Source: Pseudomonadota bacterium (lineage in GTDB: Bacteria > Pseudomonadota > Alphaproteobacteria > Micavibrionales > CSBR16-224). Taken from it: 64,000 bases of DNA. Shown in pieces: positions 33,574 through 46,144 of this stretch (position 1 is its first letter; every line of letters begins with the position of its first letter). The position numbers and the translations under genes were made by a program. Location of the stretch: the NCBI GenBank assembly GCA_013285465.1, contig CP053449.1, positions 1,445,540-1,509,539 of the forward strand. The letters run 5' to 3'. The notes beneath the pieces were generated by a model that searched no databases, was not told the DNA's origin, and saw nothing but the letters and a program-made list of their open reading frames with translations.

Positions 33574-33782
33574 TATTTTTTCCCCTTTGCTGCAACTTGG
33601 CAACACCGTTTATCGTGTTAATCTTTAGATACGACAACACCGCACGCCTTCCTGCTACTATTGCCTGGAAGCTGCGGTTCTTTAATAAAAACTGCGGTTT
33701 AAAACACGCCCCTTGATCTCCCCATCTCTTGTGCTGTGATAACACACGATCTTTTCTGCCCTTAAAACACTTATGCCGTTAT

Positions 33783-33831
33783 ATAAAAAACGGTGAAAGG
33801 GGCAACAGGTCATATTGTCCTGTTGCCACCT
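33783..33831 (-). terminator. candidate rplL-rpoB intergenic attenuator hairpin
   Basis: 9-bp stem GGCAACAGG/CCTGTTGCC (33801..33827) about 40 nt downstream of the rplL stop. On the minus strand a T run follows after a short spacer (plus-strand A run 33785..33790). Partial termination at this junction is well known in E. coli. Confidence 0.4.
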
Positions 33832-33867
33832 TCCAACATTTATTGGTAAGAATAGCTACGCAACGTC

Positions 33868-34239
33868 TTACTTCAGTTCTACGGTTGCGCCTGCTTCTTC
33901 CAGTTTTTTCTTGATTTCTTCAGCTTCCGCTTTGGCAACGCCTTCCTTCACAGGTTTCGGCGCACCGTCAACGAGGTCTTTCGCTTCTTTCAGGCCAAGA
34001 CCTGTAATTGTGCGAACTTCCTTAATGACGTTGATTTTTTGTGCACCGGCAGCAGCCAGAATGATGTCGAATTCATCTTTTTCAGCAGCGGCATCAGCAC
34101 CACCGGCAACGGCAGCAACAGCAACCGGTGCAGCAGCGGCGGAAACGCCCCATTTTTCTTCCAGAAGTTTCGACAGTTCAGCCGCTTCCATTACGGACAG
34201 TGCGGACAGATCGTCAACGATTTTTGCAAGATCAGCCAT
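33868..34239 (-). CDS. rplL: 50S ribosomal protein L7/L12
   Basis: 123-aa ORF: [34 protein letters not shown]...[18 protein letters not shown]. Confidence 0.97.
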   Translation of the reverse strand: MADLAKIVDDLSALSVMEAAELSKLLEEKWGVSAAAAPVAVAAVAGGADAAAEKDEFDIILAAAGAQKINVIKEVRTITGLGLKEAKDLVDGAPKPVKEGVAKAEAEEIKKKLEEAGATVELK

Positions 34240-34343
34240 TTTAAATTACTCCTTTAATCAAGCTCTATTTTTAGTCGGTTAATATTTTTTTCTTCAAACT
34301 TTATTCGTGAGAAACACGCATCATTGCTTTTTTCTCGCGCCTG

Positions 34344-34859
34344 TTACCCTTTTTCAGCATAGGCCGCCGTTACACGCGCCAGCTGACTTGCCGGGGCTTG
34401 CAATACGGTTGCCACACGCGTTGCGGGTGCGACCAGAAGGCCAACCAGCTTGCTGCGCAGTTCATCCAGAGAGGGCAGTTTCGCCAGTGCTTCAACGGCT
34501 TGTGCGTCGAGGATTGTTTCCCCCAGCGCGCCGCCCATGATGACCAGCTTGTCATTCTCTTTGGTGAATTCATACGCAACCTTTGCTGCCGCAACAGGGT
34601 CTTGGGAAACGGCCATGCCGGTCGGGCCTGTAAACAGGTCAGACATAGCAGCGAACCGCGTTCCGTCGAGCGCAATTTTTGCGAGCGTGTTTTTCGTCAC
34701 TTTAAAGCTTGCGCCGTTTTCCCGCATTTTTGTACGAAGTTCGCTGATTTCAGCGACAGTCAAACCGCTGTAGTGTGTAACCACAATCAGTTCGTTCTCT
34801 TCGAACATTTGATGCAGGTCTGCGACCGCTTGTTTTTTTTGTGCACGATTCACGGACAT
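34344..34859 (-). CDS. rplJ: 50S ribosomal protein L10
   Basis: 171-aa ORF upstream of rplL with an L10-type sequence (VVTHYSGLTVAEISELRTKMRENGASFKVTKNTL). Confidence 0.95.
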   Translation of the reverse strand: MSVNRAQKKQAVADLHQMFEENELIVVTHYSGLTVAEISELRTKMRENGASFKVTKNTLAKIALDGTRFAAMSDLFTGPTGMAVSQDPVAAAKVAYEFTKENDKLVIMGGALGETILDAQAVEALAKLPSLDELRSKLVGLLVAPATRVATVLQAPASQLARVTAAYAEKG

Positions 34860-35175
34860 TCTCCGTTCGGTTTATGCCAATGCTTTTTCAAACACCGGCG
34901 GGTTGTACACTGCGAAGATCCGCTTTTCAGGCCAAAACCTTCAAGCTGTTCTTCACGGTTTATTCCCTGCCCGAAAAAGAAACGCCCATCGCCTAAAACC
35001 AAAGCGGTCACAGTGATGAAACTTTTTCTTTTCCTATCTATACAGGTCGGCTTGCCGATTAAGTCCTTAAAATTTTTCGGACACCCGTGGTCTTGGACAG
35101 GTTTTTTTTACCGTCTGTTTTCCCGAAACAAGTCCGAAAAAACGGGCGGCAAAACTGTTTTATCGCCTCTTACTC
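34860..35175 (-). promoter_or_regulatory. long rplJ 5' leader / rplA-rplJ spacer (candidate L10 autoregulatory leader and internal promoter)
   Basis: 316-nt non-coding spacer between rplA and rplJ. L10(L12)4 feedback acting on the rplJ leader is established in other bacteria. I could not fold a specific structure by eye. Confidence 0.3.
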
Positions 35176-35883
35176 TTACGCAGCCTGCTGTGTGGCTGTT
35201 TCGATGTTGATGCGATAGCTCGGTCCCATCGTTGAGCTAAGGGAAATTTTCTTCAAGTAATTTCCTTTTGCTCCCGAGGGCTTGGCTTTTATAATCGCCT
35301 GAACAAATGCTCCGGCATTTTCAATCAATTGCTTTTCAGAGAAGCTGGCTTTACCGATACCGGCATGTACGATACCGGCCTTCTCTGCGCGAAACTCAAC
35401 CGCGCCGCCTTTGGCTGCTTCAACAGCCGCGACGACATCCGGCGTCACCGTTCCCAGTTTCGGGTTCGGCATCAGACCGCGCGGACCCAGCACCTGACCG
35501 AGACGACCGACCAGCGGCATCATATCCGGCGTGGCAATACAACGGTCAAAGTCGATCTCGCCTTTCTGGATTTTCGCTGCCAGGTCTTCATCACCGACGA
35601 TATCGGCACCGGCTTTTTTCGCTTCTTCCGCTTTGTCGCCTTTGGCGAAAACAGCAACACGGACGGTTTTACCCGTACCATTCGGCAGCTGCACCATACC
35701 GCGGACATTCTGGTCCGAGTGGCGCGGATCAACACCGAGATTGATCGCAATATCGATCGTCTCGTCGAATTTGGTCGTTGCGTTTGCTTTCGCTGCTTTT
35801 ACAGCCTCTTCCAGAGAGACTTCCAGCATCGGATCGCGGGTTTCATAAACTTTTTTCAAACGTTTTCCGTAGTGACGTGCCAT
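35176..35883 (-). CDS. rplA: 50S ribosomal protein L1
   Basis: 235-aa ORF: [36 protein letters not shown]. Confidence 0.96.
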   Translation of the reverse strand: MARHYGKRLKKVYETRDPMLEVSLEEAVKAAKANATTKFDETIDIAINLGVDPRHSDQNVRGMVQLPNGTGKTVRVAVFAKGDKAEEAKKAGADIVGDEDLAAKIQKGEIDFDRCIATPDMMPLVGRLGQVLGPRGLMPNPKLGTVTPDVVAAVEAAKGGAVEFRAEKAGIVHAGIGKASFSEKQLIENAGAFVQAIIKAKPSGAKGNYLKKISLSSTMGPSYRINIETATQQAA

Positions 35884-35897
35884 GTTTCCTGCCCCCC

Positions 35898-36341
35898 TTA
35901 TCTCGCACCGATGACTTCAAGGCCCATGGAACGAGCGGAACCGGCAATAATACGTGCCGCATTCTCTTCGTCATTGGCGTTCAGGTCGGGCATTTTTTCA
36001 CGTGCGATTTCAAGGCACTGATCCCATGTAATCTCTCCCGCAACTTCGCGTCCGGGAGCCGTTCCGCCTTTTTTCAGCTTCAAAGCCTTCATAATATAGT
36101 AAGACGCCGTCGGCTTTTTCGTGATGAAGGTAAAGGAACGATCCGCATAAACCGTAATAATGGTCGGCAGCAACACGCCGGGTTCCATGTTCTGGGTATC
36201 GGCGTTAAAAGCCTTGCAGAAATCCATAATATTTACACCGGCCTGACCAAGCGCGGGGCCGATCGGCGGTGACGGGTTTGCTTTACCGGCAGGAACCTGA
36301 AGCTTCAGGACGCCGGCAATCTTTTTCTTGGGTTTCGCCAT
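35898..36341 (-). CDS. rplK: 50S ribosomal protein L11
   Basis: 147-aa ORF: [34 protein letters not shown]. Confidence 0.96.
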   Translation of the reverse strand: MAKPKKKIAGVLKLQVPAGKANPSPPIGPALGQAGVNIMDFCKAFNADTQNMEPGVLLPTIITVYADRSFTFITKKPTASYYIMKALKLKKGGTAPGREVAGEITWDQCLEIAREKMPDLNANDEENAARIIAGSARSMGLEVIGAR

Positions 36342-36581
36342 TATTCTACTCCTTAAAAGTATTGCGAGTATTTTATCGCCGATGTGGTGCGGTCTCTATC
36401 TGGCCTTTGAAAGAGCAACCTCCCACAGGGCTGTTTTTCTTGTTTTTTTATCCTCCACAAATGGAGAACGCGCCTGATTCTTTCAGCAGGCTTGCGGAAT
36501 TTACGTTATTTTCCAAAAATATGCAACAGTGAAAACGCTTTTTTTCAAGCTTTTCGTGTTTTGCAGGCGGATTTTTATAGA

Positions 36582-36860
36582 TTAAAGAGATTTATAGCCG
36601 CCATTGACCTGAAAAAGCAGCTCTCCGCGTGTCGTTTTGCGCCCCAGAACCTTTTCCGCGCAATCTTCCACTTCCTGCTTCAGCTCCTGCGACAGAGGGC
36701 CTTTTGTACCGACATAAACAGCCGGGTCGCGCCAATCGACATCCGAATTGGTAATGCCGACAATATTCACCCCGTTCTCGTCAAAAGCGCGCGCTGATTT
36801 CATAAATGTGTCGGAGAGCGACTCCATGACTTTTTTTGCTTCATCGCGGGACAACGCCAT
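36582..36860 (-). CDS. hypothetical protein (92 aa) inserted between nusG and rplK
   Basis: ATG 36860 lies 14 nt after the nusG stop, with a GGGAGA SD overlapping the nusG 3' end. No domain recognised. Confidence 0.55.
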   Translation of the reverse strand: MALSRDEAKKVMESLSDTFMKSARAFDENGVNIVGITNSDVDWRDPAVYVGTKGPLSQELKQEVEDCAEKVLGRKTTRGELLFQVNGGYKSL

Positions 36861-36874
36861 CGAACAGGTCTCCC

Positions 36875-37411
36875 TTAGCTCGTTTTTTCAACTTGCGTAT
36901 ATTCCAGCTCGACCGGCGTGGAACGTCCAAAGATCGAAACCAGTACTTTCAGACGGCTACGCTCTTCATCCACTTCCTCAACAACACCGTTGAAAGAGTT
37001 GAACGGACCGTCACAGACACGTACCTGTTCACCGATATCAAAGCTGATGGTCGGACGCGGACGTTCGGCACCTTCCTGAATCTGATGCATGATATGCGCG
37101 GCTTCCTTCTCGCTGATCGGCAAAGGCTTGCTGCCGCCGCCACCCAGAAAGCCTGTGACTTTCGGCGTGTTTTTCACCAGATGCCAGGCATCGTCATTCA
37201 TATCCATTTTAATCAGGATATAGCCGGGGAAGAATTTACGCTCTGCATTGACCTTCTGGCCGCGGTGCACTTCAACGACTTCTTCCATCGGAACAAGCAC
37301 TTCCTCAATCGCCTCGGACAGCCCCTGCTTTTTCGCAGTTTCCTTGATGGCGTCCGCCACTTTTTTCTCAAAGCCCGAATAAACGTGCAGTACATACCAG
37401 TTTTTTGCCAT
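36875..37411 (-). CDS. nusG: transcription termination/antitermination factor NusG
   Basis: 178-aa ORF: WYVLHVYSGFEKKV..., with the KOW motif (GEQVRVCDGPFNSFNGVVEEVD). Confidence 0.96.
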   Translation of the reverse strand: MAKNWYVLHVYSGFEKKVADAIKETAKKQGLSEAIEEVLVPMEEVVEVHRGQKVNAERKFFPGYILIKMDMNDDAWHLVKNTPKVTGFLGGGGSKPLPISEKEAAHIMHQIQEGAERPRPTISFDIGEQVRVCDGPFNSFNGVVEEVDEERSRLKVLVSIFGRSTPVELEYTQVEKTS

Positions 37412-37427
37412 TATCGTCTCTCTAACC

Positions 37428-37634
37428 TTAGCTTCCTATGCCCAGAACAAATTGTATGCCGAGGGAAATGAGCCAATCCCCAAAAAACAGGAACAGCGCG
37501 ACAAAAATAACCATCAGAAATACCACAATCGTGGTAATACGTGTTTCCTTGGCTGTCGGCCAGGTCACCTTCGCACCTTCCAGTTTCACTTCCTGAATAA
37601 ATTGCGCCGGACCACGTCCTGATGATTTCGCCAT
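37428..37634 (-). CDS. secE: preprotein translocase subunit SecE
   Basis: Track ORF 37428..37733 reads through the tRNA-Trp gene, so it is trimmed to ATG 37634 (MAKSSGRGPAQFIQEVKLEGAKVTWPT...). Single C-terminal TM helix, directly upstream of nusG. Confidence 0.88.
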   Translation of the reverse strand: MAKSSGRGPAQFIQEVKLEGAKVTWPTAKETRITTIVVFLMVIFVALFLFFGDWLISLGIQFVLGIGS

Positions 37635-37672
37635 TTTATCTTCCTCGTTGCATTTCCTATGTTTTAAAGAAC

Positions 37673-37748
37673 TGGCAGGAGCGAAGGGACTCGAACCCGC
37701 AACCCCCGGTTTTGGAGACCGGTGCTCTACCAATTGAGCTACGCTCCT
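37673..37748 (-). tRNA. tRNA-Trp (anticodon CCA)
   Basis: 76-nt cloverleaf on the minus strand. Acceptor AGGAGCG/CGCTCCT, D stem GCTC/GAGC, anticodon stem CCGGT/ACCGG with loop CTCCAAA, T loop TTCGAGT (one C-U mismatch in the T stem), encoded CCA. Conserved position upstream of secE-nusG. Confidence 0.88.
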
Positions 37749-37916
37749 TCTGCCGTTCTCTTATTTCTCTTGAACATCCCGCGGCCCGCTGTGCGGGTAT
37801 CTTCGTTGCGATAATGTCAGGGAAATATAAAAACTATGCACGTTGTAACGGATATTCGGAAGAATTGCAAGCGTGTTTTACGCAGGTCATGTGTTTTTGC
37901 ATTGATGTTTTCAGGA

Positions 37917-38687
37917 TCAGGGACCGGGGTTCGGATTAGGCCTCTTCGGGGTTTCCCGCGCCGCATCCTTTAACTGCTTTTTTGCGGTTTTCGCAGCCTC
38001 CTTCGCTGCCTTCTTCTGCTGCTTTTCAGCGCGGCGTTCATCATCAAGGCCGTAGCCGAATTCCGCCTTGGAAACCGCACTGAGCTCAGCCCCCGGTGCC
38101 ATGTCCAGAATTTTTTGGCACATAATATCAACCGCGGCAGGATCACCGGATTTCAGCTCCACTTCGATTTCAGAAATCTTCACACGGCGGTCGCTGTCTT
38201 TTGCATGTGTCACCGCACCTTTATCAAAAGCCAGTTCAACGACCCCGACCTCCTCGCCCGCCACCACGACGGGGACGGAGAAATAACGGCGATGCACATC
38301 TGCCGTGAAAATATGGCGCAATTTTTTGCCTTCCAGACCTTCCAGACGCTTTTTTGCCTCTTTGTCGTCAATCAGTGCGAGATCGGGCTCCTGCAGTTTC
38401 TCGCCAAGGACATCCTTGACCTCGACACGGGACATCACGGCTTCATCATCGCCCGCGACTTGATATTTCAAAGTCTGTTCATAGCCGACACCGTCCTTGT
38501 ACTGGACACGCAGCGCCATTTTCTGCTCCTGCAGGCGGTGTTTTTTTGTATCATAATAAGCACGGGGGCGATGTTTGGTTTTCAGCTTGCCGTCGACAGC
38601 GTCTTTGGACAGTTTATTATAAACCGCTTCCATTTCCGCAGGAGAAACGAGGATTTTCTTTTCAATCTCGTGTTCCGTATCAGACAT
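37917..38687 (-). CDS. CYTH (triphosphate tunnel metalloenzyme) domain protein with Lys/Ala-rich C-terminal tail
   Basis: 256-aa ORF with the N-terminal ExExK motif (HEIEKKILV) and later EIEVELKSG strand motifs typical of CYTH. The last ~45 aa are low-complexity (KQQKKAAKEAAKTAKKQLK...NPNPGP). Confidence 0.75.
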   Translation of the reverse strand: MSDTEHEIEKKILVSPAEMEAVYNKLSKDAVDGKLKTKHRPRAYYDTKKHRLQEQKMALRVQYKDGVGYEQTLKYQVAGDDEAVMSRVEVKDVLGEKLQEPDLALIDDKEAKKRLEGLEGKKLRHIFTADVHRRYFSVPVVVAGEEVGVVELAFDKGAVTHAKDSDRRVKISEIEVELKSGDPAAVDIMCQKILDMAPGAELSAVSKAEFGYGLDDERRAEKQQKKAAKEAAKTAKKQLKDAARETPKRPNPNPGP

Positions 38688-38716
38688 CTTCTCCCCTTTC
38701 GTTCAAATGCGACGAC

Positions 38717-41027
<2,311 letters not shown>

Positions 41028-41062
41028 GTTTTAAACTCTTTCGTTTTTATTCGTTTGTTTTG

Positions 41063-41503
41063 TTATTTTTGCTCTTTACCCGCAAGCTGTAAAATTGCTT
41101 CGATATGGCGGGCCGAGGTCTTTTGCGGTGCATCCATTTCATCGGTGACAAAACCGAATTGCTGCGCCCTTGCCCCGCCTGTCACATTCTGCAGCAACGC
41201 CAGACCGAATGCGCCTGCCGCTTCCTCTTCCACGGCCGCAGCCTGTTTTTTTACCGGCTTGGGCACATCCGGAACAGGAGCCTTTGCTTGCACGGCATGA
41301 TGTTCTTCCGCTTCGTCAAACAACTGGCTTTGCAAAGCATAGCCGGCAATACTACGCAAATGCGGCTCGGCAATGGCGCGCAACAGCAATTCGTCAAAAT
41401 CCATCCAGGCCAGTAACAGGCGCTGTGCCTGCGGCACATTACCTTTTGCTTCTTTCAGAGCATCGCGAACACGGTCGCGCGCATAATCCTGATGGCTGCT
41501 CAT
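41063..41503 (-). CDS. hypothetical protein
   Basis: 146-aa ATG-initiated ORF in the same orientation as its neighbours. No motif recognised. Confidence 0.5.
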   Translation of the reverse strand: MSSHQDYARDRVRDALKEAKGNVPQAQRLLLAWMDFDELLLRAIAEPHLRSIAGYALQSQLFDEAEEHHAVQAKAPVPDVPKPVKKQAAAVEEEAAGAFGLALLQNVTGGARAQQFGFVTDEMDAPQKTSARHIEAILQLAGKEQK

Positions 41504-41560
41504 GAATATCTGTTCCTTTTCCGTCTTGAGGTCGTCTTTATGCGCACAAGAATGGCATAT

Positions 41561-42574
41561 TTATATGGTTTTGTACATATTGCGAATGCACAAGCGGTGG
41601 ATACGGCGCGGATCGGCATCCAGCACCTCGAATTCCAGACCGGCACTGTGAACAATTACCTCGCCGCGTGACGGCACGTGACCGGCCAGCAGATTGACAA
41701 GACCGCCAAGCGTGTCGACTTCTTCACGCTCTTCCTCCGTCATGAATTTGCCGTATTTTTCCTCCAGATCATCCACATCATAGCGCGCATCTACCAGAAT
41801 AGTGCCGTCCTTACGCTCGATCAGCTGCGGCTGAATATGCAGGCTATGTTCATCATCAATTTCCCCGACAATCGCCTCAATCAGGTCATTAATGGTAATC
41901 AATCCGTCAATACCGCCGTATTCATCGACAACCATCGCCGTATGAAGGCGCGACTGGCGCATTTGCAGCAGCAAATCCAGCACCCGCATTGACGGCGAGA
42001 CAACGAGCACATTGCGCAGGTAATGGCGCAAATCAAAGCTTTCATTCTTTTTCGGTTTTTCTTCACCGATGGTGGCGACAAGATCTTTCAAATGCACAAC
42101 ACCGATGACGTTATCCAGCGTATCGTGATAAACCGGCAAACGGCTGTGCGGCTTTTCGCTTAGTACCGTCATCAGATCAGCGCGGGTAATGCGGATATCC
42201 ACCGCAACAATATCGGCGCGCGGCACCATTACATCCACAACGGGCAGATCTCTCAAATCCAGAATATTGGAAATCAAGGCACGCTCATGCGCTTCGACGG
42301 AATGATCATCCGCCCCGATTTCTTCTTCGATCAGCTCTTCAATGGCTGCACGGACAGATGTGTCCGCTTTGAAAAAAGGTATCTTCTTTTTCATGCGCTG
42401 CCACAGCCCTGCATCCTGTCCATTGACATCAAGAGGGGCATTGCCGTTACGCCGCAATAATTGCTGTGCCTGTTCTGCGGTTGCCGCCTCGGGCGGCTTG
42501 CTACTCTCGGGCTCCGTTTCACCGCCGGCGGCGGTTATATTGTCTTCCATTTTTGTCCGTCTCGTATCATACAT
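41561..42574 (-). CDS. corC: CBS-pair + CorC/HlyC domain protein (YbeX/CorC/TlyC family)
   Basis: 337-aa ORF downstream of ybeY with tandem CBS domains and the C-terminal transporter-associated domain. An alternative ATG lies at 42550. Confidence 0.88.
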   Translation of the reverse strand: MYDTRRTKMEDNITAAGGETEPESSKPPEAATAEQAQQLLRRNGNAPLDVNGQDAGLWQRMKKKIPFFKADTSVRAAIEELIEEEIGADDHSVEAHERALISNILDLRDLPVVDVMVPRADIVAVDIRITRADLMTVLSEKPHSRLPVYHDTLDNVIGVVHLKDLVATIGEEKPKKNESFDLRHYLRNVLVVSPSMRVLDLLLQMRQSRLHTAMVVDEYGGIDGLITINDLIEAIVGEIDDEHSLHIQPQLIERKDGTILVDARYDVDDLEEKYGKFMTEEEREEVDTLGGLVNLLAGHVPSRGEVIVHSAGLEFEVLDADPRRIHRLCIRNMYKTI

Positions 42575-42594
42575 ATATGCAAATTCACTCTATA

Positions 42595-43122
42595 TCATAT
42601 TAAATACGGGTTAGCATAGCCTAATTTCATCAGAATGTCACTTTCAAGCTGCTCCATTTTTTCCGCCTCTCCGTCTTCCATATGGTCATATCCCAGTAAA
42701 TGCAAAACACCATGCACCACCAGATGTGCGGTATGCGCCATCAGCGGTTTATCCTGTTCGCCCGCTTCGCGGCACATGGTTTCAAATCCTAAAATCACAT
42801 CCCCCAGCAGTACCGGAACACCCGCCGGAATATCCTCCCCTGCCGCAACCAGCGGAAAAGACAGCACATTTGTCGGATTATCTTTGCCGCGATGGGTGCG
42901 GTTCAGTTCCTGCATGGCGGAATCATCGGTGCAGATAACCGTCACGCTGACATCTGCCGTTTTCTGCAGCACAGGCAGAGCCTCCCTCCCTGCGGCATAA
43001 GCCGCCAGAGCCGCTGACAAAATGACGGATTCAATCCCGGGATCGGCATCTTCCCAGCTATTGGTTTCAAAAATAATTTCGATATGCGGATTGTTCATCT
43101 TTTGCAGCAGAGGCGATTCCAT
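42595..43122 (-). CDS. ybeY: rRNA maturation endoribonuclease YbeY
   Basis: 175-aa ORF with the HLVVHGVLHLLGYDH zinc-binding motif. Confidence 0.95.
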   Translation of the reverse strand: MESPLLQKMNNPHIEIIFETNSWEDADPGIESVILSAALAAYAAGREALPVLQKTADVSVTVICTDDSAMQELNRTHRGKDNPTNVLSFPLVAAGEDIPAGVPVLLGDVILGFETMCREAGEQDKPLMAHTAHLVVHGVLHLLGYDHMEDGEAEKMEQLESDILMKLGYANPYLI

Positions 43123-43148
43123 GGCGGAGGGACGATTCTTAAATCCTG

Positions 43149-44180
43149 TTACGGCTTATCTTTACCATTGGGCTTATTTTGCGCCGCCTGACGTTCTTTG
43201 TCAAAGGCCTCATAAGCCTTGACGATTTTCGCCACCAGCGGATCACGGACCACGTCATCTTCGGTAAACTGGATGAATTTGATATCCTCGACATTGCTCA
43301 GCACATGCATCGCCTCGGTCAGACCGGATGTGGTCTTATAAGGCAGATCCGACTGTGACGGATCGCCCGTGACAATCATGTGACTGTCAGGACCAAGACG
43401 CGTCAGCACCATTTTCATCTGTGCCGTCGTCGTGTTCTGCGCCTCATCCAATACCACGCAGGCCTTTGATAATGTGCGGCCGCGCATAAAGGCCAGCGGC
43501 GCGATTTCAATCGCCTGCTGTGACAAATGATGAACAATCTGTTCCGGCGTCAACATATCATGCAATGCATCGTAAAGCGGACGCAGATAAGGATCGATTT
43601 TTTCTTTCATATCACCGGGAAGGAAACCGAGATTTTCTCCCGCTTCTACAGCTGGACGGCACAGAATAATGCGTTCAATCACACCTTTCTGCAGTTTCAT
43701 CACGGCGAAAGCGATCGCCAGATAGGTTTTTCCCGTTCCCGCCGGGCCCAGACCGAACACCATACGGCTTTTTTCCATCGCCTCCATATAGGCGGCCTGC
43801 CGCGGCGTTCGTGCCGTTAATTGCTGTTTTTCGCGCCCATGCTGTAATTTCACCTGCGGCTCTTGAAAAGCGGCGCGTGCCATCTTTTGCGTTGCCGTAT
43901 CCAGCGTGTTATCGGCAATACGGATGGCCGCGTCAACCTCGTCAAGCCCGACAGGGAGATTATGCGAGACGCGCTCCCATAGAGATTCCAGCACATGCCG
44001 CGCACGTTTCAGCTGCGCATGCTGCCCCGTCAGGACGACTTCATTGCCTTTGGAAAAAATCTGAATACCCAGCTGGTCTTCGATACGGGACAAATGCTCT
44101 CCGCATTCCCCGAACAGCAAAGGAACAAGATGATTATCTTCGAATTGTAAACCGAGCTGCTGAACCGCTTTCTTGCTCAA
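43149..44180 (-). CDS. phoH: PhoH-family ATPase (YbeZ), canonical copy
   Basis: 343-aa ORF with a TTG start at 44180 and a GAGGG SD. Walker [14 protein letters not shown]; conserved [32 protein letters not shown]. Directly upstream of ybeY. Confidence 0.92.
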   Translation of the reverse strand: MSKKAVQQLGLQFEDNHLVPLLFGECGEHLSRIEDQLGIQIFSKGNEVVLTGQHAQLKRARHVLESLWERVSHNLPVGLDEVDAAIRIADNTLDTATQKMARAAFQEPQVKLQHGREKQQLTARTPRQAAYMEAMEKSRMVFGLGPAGTGKTYLAIAFAVMKLQKGVIERIILCRPAVEAGENLGFLPGDMKEKIDPYLRPLYDALHDMLTPEQIVHHLSQQAIEIAPLAFMRGRTLSKACVVLDEAQNTTTAQMKMVLTRLGPDSHMIVTGDPSQSDLPYKTTSGLTEAMHVLSNVEDIKFIQFTEDDVVRDPLVAKIVKAYEAFDKERQAAQNKPNGKDKP

Positions 44181-44306
44181 AGACCCTCACTTTGAAATAT
44201 GCCGTGCCGCGAAACGACACCTTACCTACATATTCTATCCCGAAATTACTAAAAGAGACTTAATTTCAAGCATCTTGAGAAAAACTTCTGATGTGACGGA
44301 TAAAAG

Positions 44307-45026
44307 TTATTTGTGCGGCCCGCGGCCTAAATAATTGCGTAAACGCTGCTGTTTCCGGTTGTTTTCACGTTGCTGTTCGACACGGATATGCGTAATTTGA
44401 TAACTTTCCAGCCACAAATACAGCTGTGTTTCAACGCGTTTGTTTTTTTCTTTTTGCGCAAGTTCCAGCGCCTTTTCAATATGCGGCACCATTTCTTTAT
44501 GCAGATTTCTGTCATCAACTTCTTTTAACAGAACGGTTAAAACATCACGCTTGCCCATTCCGGCGGCGCATTCAATCGCCGTTTTTCCTTCCGCCCCCAT
44601 AGAGGTCAAAGTAATATCCGCCCCCGCATCCAGCAGCAGACGGCAATTTTCAACCTTCCCATACATTGCAGCATGCATCAGCGGCGTATATCCCGTCGCA
44701 TTCTGATGATTGGGGTCGGCTTTGGCCTCCAGCAGGCTTCGGATAATGCCCGGAAAGGCATTCGCCGCACCGAAGATCAGAGCGGTATTACCGAATTTAT
44801 CGGTCAGATCAATCGTTGCGTTATTAGTGACAAAAATTGACACACCGGTATCAAAATCCTGCCCGGCCATAATCATCAGACCGGTCTTGCCTTTATGCGT
44901 GCCTTCACAGCATTTGGCATCGGGGTCCGCACCGCCTTCCAGCGCCGCATAGAGAGCGGAACTGTCGCTGATAATCGCAGCGTTTATCAGTTCCTCATCC
45001 CATGCGTTTTTATAAAATGCGTCCAT
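44307..45026 (-). CDS. ankyrin-repeat protein with LRxYL C-terminal tail, embedded in the miaB-phoH-ybeY operon
   Basis: 239-aa ORF with an AGAGGA SD in the 14-nt gap after the upstream phoH-like stop. ANK repeats present (GNTALIFGAANAFPGIIRSLLEAKADPN, GYTPLMHAAMYGKVENCRLLLDAGAD). Ends ..NRKQQRLRNYLGRGPHK. Confidence 0.85.
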   Translation of the reverse strand: MDAFYKNAWDEELINAAIISDSSALYAALEGGADPDAKCCEGTHKGKTGLMIMAGQDFDTGVSIFVTNNATIDLTDKFGNTALIFGAANAFPGIIRSLLEAKADPNHQNATGYTPLMHAAMYGKVENCRLLLDAGADITLTSMGAEGKTAIECAAGMGKRDVLTVLLKEVDDRNLHKEMVPHIEKALELAQKEKNKRVETQLYLWLESYQITHIRVEQQRENNRKQQRLRNYLGRGPHK

Positions 45027-45040
45027 TTTTCCTCTGCGGA

Positions 45041-46144
45041 TTATCTCCCGGGCTGGTTGCCGGCGTTTTTGCGGACGGACGGTGCCTGCCGGACCGGCTC
45101 GTCATCGGTTTCCAGCGCTTTGACAATTTTTGAAACCACCGGGCTACGAACGATATCTTCCGCCGTAAATTCACGGACAGCGATACCGTCAACACCTTTC
45201 AACTTAGGTACAACCAGTGCAAGTCCGCTATCCTCATGTTTCAAATCCGTCTGTTTCGGATCGCCGGTGACAACCATTTTGCTGCCTTCGCCGATACGGG
45301 TCAGGGCCATTTTCATTTGCTCATAGGTCGTGTTCTGACCTTCATCCAAGATCACGAAAGCGTTTTTAAACGTTCTGCCGCGCATGAATTCAACAGGAGC
45401 AATCTCAATCACGCCGCGCTGCTGCAAAGAATCCAGCATATCGCGTCCGATCAGGTTTTCCAGTTCGTCATAAAGCGGGCGCAGATAAGGTGCAAGTTTC
45501 GCCTTCTCATCTCCCGGCAAAGCGCCAAGATCCTTTCCGTTACCGACAGCCGGACGCGCCAGAAAAATTTTCTCAACCTCTCCGGCTTTCAGGGCTTTAA
45601 CCGCCTCATAAGCCGCAAGGAAGGTTTTCCCCGTACCGGCAGGCCCGACACCGAAACTGACGTCATTCTGCTGAATATCAGTCAGAAAATCAGCCTGATT
45701 GGTGTTTCTGGCTTCAACATCAATCACCAGCTCAACATGGTTTTCGGGATGATTACGTTTATCCTGACGCAATTCTTTTTTCTGTACGCTTTGCTGGCGA
45801 ATTTCACGACCATTGCGAATAATCTGCTGTTTATTTTCCGCAAACTGTTCCCGCACACCGACCTGTTTGGCAATGGCAGCAATGGAATTGTCATTGACGG
45901 CGCTGCCTTTGGCCAGCGCACTTGACAGAGAATAGAAAGCCTCTTTGGCTTTGCTGATTTCTTCCTTGGTCGTGCCCGTCAGTCTGATGCGGTCCATACG
46001 TCCCGGGTTTTCAAGTTTTACATGAAACGCTTTTTCGAAAGCTCTAAGGCAGTCGCGGCTTTCCTGCTCATCTGCGAACAAAAAGCTTGCCAGATTGTCG
46101 TCGGCGTCGTTGCGGATAGTAATCGTGTTTTTACGTTTTGTCAT
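45041..46144 (-). CDS. PhoH-family ATPase, divergent second copy
   Basis: 367-aa ORF whose ATG overlaps the miaB stop (ATGA). Walker [14 protein letters not shown]. Divergent core [32 protein letters not shown]. Lys/Gln-rich linker between the N-domain and the ATPase. Confidence 0.85.
   Translation of the reverse strand: MTKRKNTITIRNDADDNLASFLFADEQESRDCLRAFEKAFHVKLENPGRMDRIRLTGTTKEEISKAKEAFYSLSSALAKGSAVNDNSIAAIAKQVGVREQFAENKQQIIRNGREIRQQSVQKKELRQDKRNHPENHVELVIDVEARNTNQADFLTDIQQNDVSFGVGPAGTGKTFLAAYEAVKALKAGEVEKIFLARPAVGNGKDLGALPGDEKAKLAPYLRPLYDELENLIGRDMLDSLQQRGVIEIAPVEFMRGRTFKNAFVILDEGQNTTYEQMKMALTRIGEGSKMVVTGDPKQTDLKHEDSGLALVVPKLKGVDGIAVREFTAEDIVRSPVVSKIVKALETDDEPVRQAPSVRKNAGNQPGR

Noticed and set aside
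37635-37733. 5' extension of the secE ORF (track ORF 37428..37733, TTG start)
   Set aside because: The extension is the reverse-strand reading of the tRNA-Trp gene itself. SecE starts at ATG 37634.
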